DNA of 15,467 bases, filler included, from Diadema antillarum (GCF_040938485.1; 2 parts of 2 records of this genome joined end to end with filler, not necessarily neighbours in it); one strand, 5' to 3'. Positions 1 through 9,133 are shown, counted from the whole stretch's first letter. A program made the numbers and translations. The notes: generated by a model not told the origin, from the letters alone.

Positions 1-360
1 CGTAACAAAACGATTTCGATGCTCGCTGCAGTAGTCATGTGATTGCATTACGACCAATCACCGAACAGAATATAATGCAGAACAGTCAATATAATTATGT
101 AGTACACTTAATAATCGTGAAGTAATCTTTTGATTAAGCAATGGAGGGTCTAGGAAATAGATTGCATTGCACATTGAGGTCAGGGAATTCAGTTGAGTTT
201 CCTATACTAACTCACAGAAAATCCCGTCACCTCTGAAAGGAGAAACCAATGGTGTAGAGTAATTGTCTTATATCGGATATGGAGCAAGTGAAAACTTCCG
301 GGATCGTGTGTGGTAACTGGTTAAAAGGAAATGAGACAAGTTAAGCTCTCTCTGCCTTAC

Positions 361-376
361 TGTGTGGGTGTGTGTA

Positions 377-444
<68 letters not shown>

Positions 445-490
445 TGTGTGTGGGACTGCGTGTTTGTGTGTGTGTTTGTGTTATTGTGTG
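361..490. repeat. (GT)n microsatellite, perfect core ~380-437 with degenerate flanks
   Basis: Direct reading of the long tgtgtg run; it explains the VC-repeat ORFs 331..522 and 362..622. Confidence 0.98.
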
Positions 491-1612
491 TCTATAAAAA
501 AAGCCCTAGTCTCAAATACTAATACAAATACTATAACAACAATGGTATATCTGTCTGATCTTTATTTCGAAGTTGAGTCACAACAAGAATATCACGATAT
601 TTTACTCCCTCTAAGAACATGAGCCTGTGGCTTTGTATATTCTAGAAAGAGAACAGATTTAGCGCATTATCTTTATTATTGTGAAGGGCTGTTACATTAA
701 CATTACGAATAAAAAATATAAAAAGTAAAAAATAATAAATACATCAATTATAACCCCCCCCCCCCAAAAAAAAAAAGAAGCTAGATGAAAAGCAACTATA
801 GGAAAGATGTGACACAGACAGGTTCTAAACGAATCCTCAGAGAAGAGTAAGGGGTTGTACCAAGATGATAAAGTAGTTTCACGCATTCTTGTCAATTGCA
901 CAATTTTAGATTCATCATTCCAAAAGAAAAATTGGCATCACAGGTATTGCTTTTGAATGTGGCTGGTAAGGAAGCAAGCAATTCATCAATAGTGGCAGCT
1001 AGGTCCATTCGCTTGAATTCCTACGCAAGAATATCATGTCTATTAAGGAATAAAGAAATGAACCGTTTAAATTGTTGCAGGTCTGTTACACATGGGGACA
1101 AAACACCTTTAAACGATTTTTTTTTTGTTTCTGTTCATGCTTTGTTTTGTTTTGTGGGGTGTATGGTTTGAAAGTTCCTCACACGGTACTAATACCTCAG
1201 TACAATCAGGAATTTGTAACATCACCAGAACTCCTAAAAATAGATGAAATGAATCAAATCGAAGGTAAAGTGTGTTTCCGTGGTTCATCGACATTACCAC
1301 GATTACTCCATGCTCTGCCCATACCAACGGACGCTATCAAATAGACGGAAATGCCTCGCAATGGAGAAAGTAGACCCTATCTGCGGCTACTAATCACGAG
1401 TTCTGAAACTTTTGAGGTCCCCACCCCCCCCCCCCCCCCCCCCCTCACAAACGTGACATTTCGACTGAAGTCCACTGACACAAACTCCAACATCTTCATT
1501 GATTTCTGCAATGTTAGGACTGGTGACGATCCCCATCATTTCCCATGTGAATCTGTAACCACTGATCGAAAAGAACAAGAGAGTTCATAATTATATCATG
1601 ATCATATAAAGA

Positions 1613-2392
1613 AGATCTATTTCATGCTATAGGGGAATCACTGTAAGTGGTGCACATGCACACGAAGAAAAATGAAACAAAACAAGTCCGCAGCTATACA
1701 AGGGAATCTTTTAATTAAAAAAAATAAAGAAATTAAAATATAATGACACAAATAAACAAACAAACAAACACTACACTATAGTTGAGTACATATATCATGT
1801 ATAATCTAGTGCAAAGAAATAGGACAAAGCAAATGTAGTTTCGATAAAAGTCACGGAACAATAGTAATAGTTCATGCGCTGCGCGTGATCTTGTACTTGT
1901 AAAGTGCATTAAGTGTTACGTGATAGTCATGACACTCTCAGTACATCAGTGATATCGGACTCTGAAAGAAGACCTCCGATTCAGTGAAGTGCTTGGTTTT
2001 GATGCAGATCTATGATCAGAGTCCTGTCGCATGGACATCAACCATTAAATTCAAAGCTTTATATGACCTTAAGACATAGGAATCCAGAGTTTTAGCCGAT
2101 GATAGAGTTTTGGCCGATGTTAATGATTTACTTACTTTTACACAACGCACCGTTTTGTGAGGAAGGGTACCTACTGTTAGTTTTGGATGATTATTATGTA
2201 AACACTGAACGCACTTCCCTTTAACCTTATGTATAATATGCGATTTACCTAATTCTCTTGGCATGCCTTATCCAGTTTTTGTTGATTACCGGTATAACAA
2301 TGTGCAAGCTTGATAGTTGTCTATATACGGCACCCTAAATTCGAGTTTTAGGCTCTTCAAAAAAGACTTGAAAATTGTAAAACTCGATGATA
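1613..2392. repeat. Left arm of an old long inverted duplication (mate at ~3304-3724, 5379-5575 and 5927-5945)
   Basis: The reverse complement of 3304-3724 aligns colinearly with 1950-2392 (e.g. gactctgaaaga, cctgtcgcat, gccgatgttaatgatt, gcaccgttttgtg, acttccctttaacc, cctaattctcttg, cttgatagttgtctat, gagttttaggct). The reverse complement of 5379-5575 aligns with 1660-1945 (tcatgact, cacgtaaca, gatcacgcgc, aaactacat, tagattatacatgat, agtgtagtgtttgtttg). Roughly 70-75% identity by eye. Confidence 0.92.
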
Positions 2393-3303
2393 GGTTTTGG
2401 GGAGAATCGCCTGGAAAGAAATTCACTCAACTTTGTAACTGCTTTTTGAAGTTTGCAAACCCTATTTTCTGCCACGCACATGTATGATCACAGTTACGGC
2501 GTGTGTGCCAGGAATGCAAATGAAATAAGGATCATGAGACGTTACGTTTAGTAGTAAGTAAAGTTAAAAGTAAAATTATCGAAATCAACCCCTCTTTTCC
2601 CTCCCTTCATCCTCCGGAAATACTATATTGTGATCGTTAATACAGACAAGATAGTTTATTAGACAAACTATTCGGACCGCATTCGTTGTCTGCCATTTTT
2701 CTCAAATTAATGTTCTTTAGCAATCGGAAGTCCTAGACCATAGAAAATTACACCATAATTATTATCACCATCATTAATATCATGTTTATTGTTATTGGCA
2801 TTGATTTGTTTATTGTTATTAGCATCGATTTTTACTATTACGTTTGTTTAAATATAAATGACATACAAGGCTCAGATTTTCACTAACCTGAAAATCAAAA
2901 ATCTAATAGAAATTCCTGTTCAGTTGTTAGAAGCTATAGAATCAAGATTGGAACTGAGATATTTAAGAATATCATATCAATTGCATAGAAATTCAATTGC
3001 ATAGAATCTAGTATGCATTTAATGTTTATAAAAATACGTTTTAGAGCATCTTTTCGAGTTTATAGGGTGACAACATCATCCATAATTTGGGCAGTACGTT
3101 GTGCCCACGACAAAACATATTATTTCGTGGACATCTGCATGAATGTGATACACAAACCCTTCTTGTCAAGAACTGAGATGTCAGAAGCTGAATGGCTGAT
3201 AGCAAACCAGCTAGCAAGGAGCTAGTGATACTTTTTTTTTTCACAAGGGTCCCCCGATCATTATGTTATACCGTGAAAGAGTTCTCAAATCAATTTTTTC
3301 CCC

Positions 3304-3724
3304 TTGGGTTTTAAAACTTTCAAGTCTTGAATAGCCTAAAACTCAAATTTAGTGTGTAATAGACAACTATCAAGTTTACCCACTGTTGTAATTAACAATG
3401 ACTGGGTAGGACATGGCAAGAGAATTAGGCAAATCGCACATTTACATATATGTGGTTAAAGGGAAGTACGGCCGGTATTAACATTAACTATAACCGTCCA
3501 AAACTAACAGCACCCGGCTGCACAAAACGGTGCACAGTGTTTATAAATCAATCATTAACATCGGCATTGAGTCCTAAAATCCTGTATTCCTATTGCTTTT
3601 AGGTCAAATAATGTTTTGAATTTGATGGTTGGAGTCTATGCGACAGGGCCCTGGTGATAGATCTAAATCTATAGCGCTTCACTCAATCAAGGTCGTCTTT
3701 CAGAGTCAGACATAATATTATTAC
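3304..3724. repeat. Right arm of inverted duplication, inner segment
   Basis: Reverse complement of ~1950-2392; it ends at the Harbinger-like left terminus. Confidence 0.92.
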
Positions 3725-3914
3725 TCAGCCCCCGTTCCACTATCACGATTTGGACCCCGATCTGTCCCGATCTAGCAGATCGGGAGAGAGCGGCAAAAGC
3801 GTACGGGGATCGGAAGCATCGTAGCAGCAGCGTGTGGAGGTCGGGGTTGGAGCGGGCAGTTTTTCAGATCTCGATCTCCCCGATCAAAATTGACATATTT
3901 TTAATCGTACGGCA

Positions 3915-3992
3915 AGCGGGGAGAGCGTAGTGACAGCGTAAACGCAGCGGGGAGAGCGTAATGACGGCGTAAACGCAGCGGGAAGAGCGTAA
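3915..3992 (+). repeat. 31-bp tandem repeat (~2.5 copies) in the left subterminal region of the transposon
   Basis: agcggggagagcgtagtgacagcgtaaacgc (3915-3945), agcggggagagcgtaatgacggcgtaaacgc (3946-3976), agcgggaagagcgtaa (3977-3992). Confidence 0.95.
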
Positions 3993-4075
3993 CAAGGTCT
4001 TTCTGAGCGTAGTAACATCGGCACAAGAACGGGAAGTAATTTTAGCTGTAATTTTCGAAGAAGAAGAAGAGATGA

Positions 4076-4257
4076 AGAAAAAGAAGAGAAGAAAGCAGCG
4101 AAGCAGCTACCCAAAAGGCGAAGAAAGAGAGACTGCACGTGATGCTGAAAGAGGAGGAAGAGGACATAGCAGAATTTTGAAGAATATGAAATCATCTACA
4201 ACTGGAGGAAGACGGACTATAAAAGCAAGGACATCAAGAAAAATCCTTTGAAAAATC
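4076..4257 (+). pseudogene. Frameshifted remnant of a MADF (Myb/SANT-like) DNA-binding protein, Harbinger second-ORF type
   Basis: RKRREESSEAATQKAKKERLHVMLKEEEEDIAEF, then a +1 shift at gaattttgaagaa (~4178), then EEYEIIYNWRKTDYKSKDIKKN. This fits the MADF N-terminal pattern E-D-[LI]-x-E-[FW]...[LI]Y[ND]...DYK...K. Harbinger elements are known to encode a Myb/SANT-like helper protein. Confidence 0.65.
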
Positions 4258-4315
4258 AGCACGTCTTTGTTTATACAATGCATTGCTGCAAAAGAACCGT
4301 GAGTTGAGGAGGCTC

Positions 4316-4600
4316 TTCAAGTTCAAGTTCAAGTTGATTTATTTCACTTCCAACAAACAAATAATAAAAAATACAAAGAAACGCTCATAATACACAGACG
4401 TCATGAAATCAGTACCACAATGCGATGAACAGAATAACATTGTAAAAGAGATACAGGCAAATTATCAACAGAGATACAAATAACAGTTACGTCACTGTGG
4501 TAAATGCATACAAAATATTGCTGGAAATGGAGGGGACTGCTAAAAAGCAGAGCTTGTAGTATTAGAATGCAGTCCCCTCATAGAGAAAAATATCTAATTG
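4316..4600 (-). mobile_element. 5'-truncated LINE 3' end (L2/CR1-group-like) nested in the Harbinger-like element; may extend to ~4900
   Basis: On the minus strand: AATAAA (4343-4338) followed by a (CTTGAA)3 short tandem tail (4335-4316). Upstream is an 11-bp perfect stem GAGGGGACTGC (4530-4540)/GCAGTCCCCTC (4569-4579) whose loop reads ...ACAAGC-tct-GCTTTTT..., like L2-group 3'-UTR stem-loops. The 5' boundary is not resolved. Confidence 0.6.
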
Positions 4601-5378
4601 CAAAAAACAACAACAAATTTCCCTAAGCGGTAGCAAAAAAAAAAAAAAAAAGACAGACAGAGTAATACACACATATATGCACACATACGGACGCACATTA
4701 ACAAACACATGGCGGCTCTCTTGTAAGGAAAAACTTGATGAGAGGATAGAAAGATATAGTAGTGAAGAAGGTAGTAAGTCCGAGGTGGACAAGGGGGGGG
4801 GGGGAGGAGGGGAGAGGAGAGGGAAATGGTGGGTCATAACCAGGGCACTGGAGGCACAGAAGCACGGGCTCGCTGATGAAGAAAAGTGAGAATAACGAAG
4901 CAACAACAACTTTGAAAATCAAAAGTAAAAAAAGAAGAATGAATCTTCGAGGTCCACAGTATATTTCTTCGGTTCTGCATGCTAATAAGTTGACTGACTG
5001 CTGACCCACAGTCGAATCGGGGTACATCGGGGCACATCGGGCACTTTTCAGGTCTCTGAACGGGGTAACAGCGTGATAAAATCGTATAGATCGTTCAGAG
5101 CGTAGATACAGCGTGCATTGATCGGATAACATCGGCAACATCGCACTAACAGCGTAGCTACATCGTTCTAAAGCGTACCGGCAGCGGCAGAGATCGCGAT
5201 GTCTAATTCCCGATCATCGTAGTAAGAGCGTAGCAAGCACTTGGTAGTCGTAACTGCAGCGTACTTAGAGCGTTCTAACATCGTACTGTGTCCAGATCGG
5301 CTCAGGTTTTACCCGATCCTTCCCGACCTGAGAAAATTGTCAAATCGTAGCGAGAACGGCATAGTGGAACGGGGCTTA

Positions 5379-5575
5379 ATGAAAGTATCATGACTGCCAC
5401 GTAACATTAATTATGCACTATACGAGCACTAGATCACGCGCCGCGTATACTGTTACTGTATATTGCTCCATGGCTATTATCAAAACTACATACCTATTCC
5501 TTCACACTATAGATTATACATGATTTACACACTTGATTAAAGTGTAGTGTTTGTTTGCTTGTTTCATTTTTTGTT
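5379..5575. repeat. Right arm of inverted duplication, outer segment (continues after the transposon)
   Basis: gaaagtatcatgactgccacgtaaca...gatcacgcgccgcgta...aaactacata...tagattatacatgat...agtgtagtgtttgtttg...ttgtttcattttt matches the reverse complement of ~1660-1945. Confidence 0.9.
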
Positions 5576-5925
5576 AATCCATCTGAGAAGATGGCTGGAT
5601 AGCCCACATTCAGCCGCACTATAGCTGGTCTTCCATGAAGTCTAGTTGGATATAAGTTGGGACCACTCCAGCGGGTAATGCACCCTGCTCTTTGCGATGA
5701 ATGAATGAAACCGTCCTTATGATAAAAATGTATGAGTGTGACTCTCTTACGCACACGGGACCTCCATTTTATGTTTTATCCGAGGAACAGAGTGTTTTGC
5801 CTCTTACTAGAGTGGATGGTATGATTACACACAATATTGCCCGGTTAGACTTGGGGATCGAACCCGGGGGTCCTTTGGATCTGGAGGCAGACTTCTTACT
5901 GACTGAACCAAATCACCACCACCGG
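5576..5925 (-). mobile_element. tRNA-derived SINE with Deu-domain-like core (sea-urchin SURF/SINE2-like)
   Basis: The minus-strand head has an A-box-like TGGTTCAGTCAG (5910-5899) and a B-box GGTTCGATCCC (5864-5854). The body has TTCCTCGGATAAAACATAAAATGGAGGTCCCGTG (~5787-5754), resembling the DeuSINE core (cggatgagacgttaaaccgaggtcc), then AAAGAGCAGGG...GTGGTCCCA...CATGGAAGACCAGCT. The family name is from recall, not from a search; boundaries are approximate. Confidence 0.85.
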
Positions 5926-6670
5926 ACCCTATGCTGAAATGATCTCAAAATACTCCAATGGATGATCAAGCTCTATTTTTCACGTAACGCTAGCAAGATA
6001 TCCTGAGGTTGCTGTTGCTTTGCTACCACAAATCACATTCATTTTAAAGCCAACACATACTGTGATATAGTTTTAGAAGGACTCAAAATTCATCTTCCAC
6101 CATCTAAAATTTGCTTGCAATACATCGAAATGGTCTACGAAGAAACTTACCTGGCTGAAGCGATTTGCCAGGAAGATGAGTTGTTTTGGAGTATTTTGAA
6201 TTCAAAAGTGTAGAATAATTTCGATATATAGTGTGCATATGACTTTTATTCCAGAAGAGCCCTCCCCGTTCAGCATTGTGGGTATAGGTAGAACGTTACC
6301 TGGCGATCGATCGTGCCCTAGCAATCATTTTCTTTTTCCAACAAGCTCCATGCAATTCACAGAGCGCAGAAGATCGGTAAATACATGCTTTTCACATCTC
6401 GGGATTTGCTGATTATAGATAACCGAATATGAACAAATTACGTAGCAACCACGATTGGATATGCTCTTAGAATGTCGTATTACCGAAGAACCTTCAATAT
6501 TTCGCATTTCGTCGTTACCCAACTGAAATCGTGGTTTAGCGCGTTATTCATGATATTGTGCATTAAATGTGTCCAACTATAATACGGAGCAAAAATTGAC
6601 AATTCTCTCCAGACCCTCCAGAAGTAATGTTTTTGACGTGCTTCATCCTCAAAGTCCGAAAATGAAAGAA

Positions 6671-6796
6671 AGTTCGTTATTCAAATCCGAAAATGAGAAA
6701 AAGAAAAGCATACTAACGAACCTTCGGAATTACGAATCTTATTTCGCTTTCGAATTAACGAACCTTCGGAATAATAAACCGTCGAAATACCGAACT
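6671..6796. mobile_element. Short MITE-like remnant with CGAACCTTCGGAAT subterminal repeats
   Basis: Ends AGTTCGTTATT (6671-6681) and AATACCGAACT (6786-6796) are 10/11 inverted matches. An exact 17-bp direct repeat TAACGAACCTTCGGAAT lies at 6714-6730 and 6756-6772, with further degenerate copies nearby. Confidence 0.6.
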
Positions 6797-7191
6797 GTAC
6801 CTAAGCTTCAACAATTGCGCGGGGGGGGGGGGGGGGGAGGGGTTGAAGATGAAATAGAAACTGACAACCTCTCTATAACTCAACGATCGTAGTCTGTCGT
6901 GTTTTAGAATAAATATGGTAAAAACGTAAAACTATTTAACGTCAAATATAAAACTGAATTTGAAAAAAACTGTAATGCACATTTAAAAGGTCTTCAAGAC
7001 GATTGTGATGTTGTGAAGCCATAACGGAATAACAGGACAAAAGTCGGAAGTTTTCTTTTTAATATCATGCACAATATTTTGCGAAGGGAAATAAGGATAG
7101 ACCTAGGGCCGAAGCATCGTTACAGTGTTTACATGGATAGAAAACTGCTGCAAAATCAGCATATTTGGCAGTTCTCTGCCAAACGATTTCC

Positions 7192-7362
7192 NNNNNNNNN
7201 NNNNNNNNNNNNNNNNNNNNNNNNNNNNNNNNNNNNNNNNNNNNNNNNNNNNNNNNNNNNNNNNNNNNNNNNNNNNNNNNNNNNNNNNNNNNNNNNNNNN
7301 NNNNNNNNNNNNNNNNNNNNNNNNNNNNNNNNNNNNNNNNNNNNNNNNNNNNNNNNNNNNNN
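7192..7362. other. Assembly gap (171 N)
   Basis: N run, followed by an (ATTC)n tract that probably broke the assembly. Confidence 1.
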
Positions 7363-7379
7363 CTGTCTATTTATTTGTT

Positions 7380-7409
7380 ATTCATTCATTCATTCATTCA
7401 TTTATTCAT
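7380..7409. repeat. (ATTC)n simple repeat
   Basis: attcattcattcattcattcatttattca read directly. Confidence 0.9.
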
Positions 7410-8649
7410 ATGAACATGATTATTTATACTGGATAAGACAATCAGATAACAGCTGTTTTACATCGAAGTCCTGTATGGACACATGCAGTTCCCTACAAAG
7501 GCGACTACTGTAAAAAAAAAGACAACAGCAAGGAATCCATGATCCATAGATAGATGATTCTTTTTTTAGTTTGAAAATGGGCGTTGTATACGTTGGGTTT
7601 GTTCCTTCAATACCTGCCACTCCATCAAAAGATGAAGTTTCAGTTACATTCATCATCATATAAAAAGAAAAAACAAAACAAGTAACGAGTAAATTCATAA
7701 TTCTCATTTCAAGTTTGGACTTTGATTTCGAAACAAATAAACCCCATTAACAATAATCTTAAACTTGTAAAAGTTGAAGTCGCATGACCAACATGACCAT
7801 TTTGGCCGATGTCATTACCAAAGAAGTGATTATGTTGAAAAGTAGGTGTCAAGGGCGTACAAGAAACCGTAGAAAAACAATGTTTATTTTTTCCTTTTCT
7901 TTTCTTTCCAAAAGTAAAGTCCATACTTGATTTTGGTTTGATCAAATGGTACTCAAACCATCACGATCATCATACTTAATTGTATTTTCCGGTATGTGTC
8001 ACGTTTCAAGAGGATACTCATTGGAGCTGTACTCGTGACACTGTTTTCGCTTTCATTCCTGTTGTTCTCGTACTGTCTTTATGAACAAGGTGGAGATACT
8101 CGTTGAAAGCTACACTGAGCTGTTGTAGTATTTTAAGACATTCATTTCTCATCATGTCTTTTAGTTTTCTGAAAACTGGCCTTTGGCTAACGAGGGGTGT
8201 TCCACTCCATGATATGATTGGAAAATGGGGAAAAATGAATTGAATTGAATTGATGTTCATAATCTTTATAAGGTCAGCTAAGGGCGCTGTTTTCGCCGAA
8301 ATCAAATAAATCTCTATTTCAGGCTTTCTAATTAATGTAATGTAGACTTCTAGCAAAATATCCGAATGTTTATTTCAGGTGCACATTTGACTATATGCTG
8401 CAATCTATAAGGGGAAATGATGTTTAATGTTACATCAACTATCAGTGACAGCAGTGATTGATATCATCATGCTTTGTTTGATTCAGTTCTTACAAACTAA
8501 AACAAATTCCCCTTCTCATAGATGAACTCTTCATTCATTTATTTTATTTCAGCACGGCACAAGCTTTTAATAGCCATGGCTGTTCTTCAGTAAAATGTAA
8601 TGATTCGTAGTACAATGTTATTCTAGTGGAGGGACGTTGAGGTATTAGC

Positions 8650-8673
8650 AAAAAAAAAAAAAAAAAAAAAAAA
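8650..8673. repeat. A24 homopolymer
   Basis: Direct reading; no recognisable retroelement body upstream. Confidence 0.9.
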
Positions 8674-9133
8674 CTTTTTACACGTCTTAAAGATCCTTTA
8701 ACATTGGTCTCCAGATCAAGTTAGTGGTTATTACAGTGATTGGGCATTTTCTATCAAAAGAACAGCAAATGAAATCACGGCACTCGAAGTCTATGTTACA
8801 TTCTATTTTGCTATCATAATCCATTTTGAATTGACATCAACGGGGAAAGACCAAATCTAGTCCAGGAGGGCGTATCCGGCTCTTCTATGCGTTTTTATAT
8901 CGTTAAGGTTCACAAAGATTCATGAAGGTTACCTTAGAGGTTTATGAAGACGGCTATTAGCATCCAAAGTGCATGCGTCAAATAGCAGGAGGAGCTGATT
9001 CCCGTTCAGTTTCGCCAGAAACACGAGTGGATAGTACATGTTATAGCGGTTCTTGTATCTGTCTTTGGAAGAGGCAAGTTAATATCCTGAAATAAAACCC
9101 CTAAATGCATTACTAAGTATCTTGATCCCAATC

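Larger units (their letters stand above)
3728..5375. mobile_element. Non-autonomous PIF/Harbinger-like DNA transposon (~1.65 kb)
   Basis: Perfect 16-bp terminal inverted repeats AGCCCCGTTCCACTAT (3727-3742) / ATAGTGGAACGGGGCT (5361-5376). With 15-bp termini the flanks are TCA (3725-3727) and TTA (5376-5378), close to the 3-bp TWA target duplication of PIF/Harbinger. It has CpG-rich repetitive subterminal regions and an internal decayed MADF-like ORF. It splits the right arm of the inverted duplication, which resumes at ~5379. Confidence 0.85.

Noticed and set aside
37-100. Ordered word matches (ATGTGATTG, CCGAACA, TGCAG, GTCAA, TATAAT) shared with 12697-12797
   Set aside because: Spacings differ, and a rough expectation says several such coincidences should occur in a 15-kb AT-rich window.
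331-622. VC-repeat ORFs
   Set aside because: Translations of the (GT)n microsatellite.
1072-1590. Long plus-strand frame broken by a single TAG (ORFs 1072..1344 and 1351..1590)
   Set aside because: No recognisable domain; the poly-Pro comes from a poly-C run; no support for readthrough.
3915-3992. 31-bp repeats (and the 17-bp repeats at 6714/6756) as a CRISPR array
   Set aside because: Head-to-tail units without unique spacers, or only two copies; eukaryotic context with no cas genes.
3884-5141. ORFs 3884..4195, 4562..4909, 4677..4889, 4698..5141, 4834..5037
   Set aside because: Antisense or incidental frames over purine-rich and low-complexity transposon/LINE sequence; no domain recognised.
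5850-5925. Functional tRNA-Trp gene
   Set aside because: The anticodon and acceptor stems do not pair, and the sequence runs straight into a SINE body.
6151-6522. Minus-strand exon candidate (atttcag acceptor, gtaagt donor)
   Set aside because: Stops occur in all three frames, there is no homology to ARF, and at 372 nt such signal pairs arise by chance.
6820-6842. Poly-G/poly-C runs (also ~754, ~1424, ~4793, ~11815) as functional G-quadruplexes
   Set aside because: Long G/C homopolymers are common and error-prone in such assemblies; there is no evidence of function.
7067-7513. ORFs spanning the N gap
   Set aside because: Open only because N codons cannot be stops.
8018-8356. 112-aa minus-strand ORF
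   Set aside because: No similarity to ARF exons or any family I recognise; it includes a short AATTG repeat; no convincing splice context.
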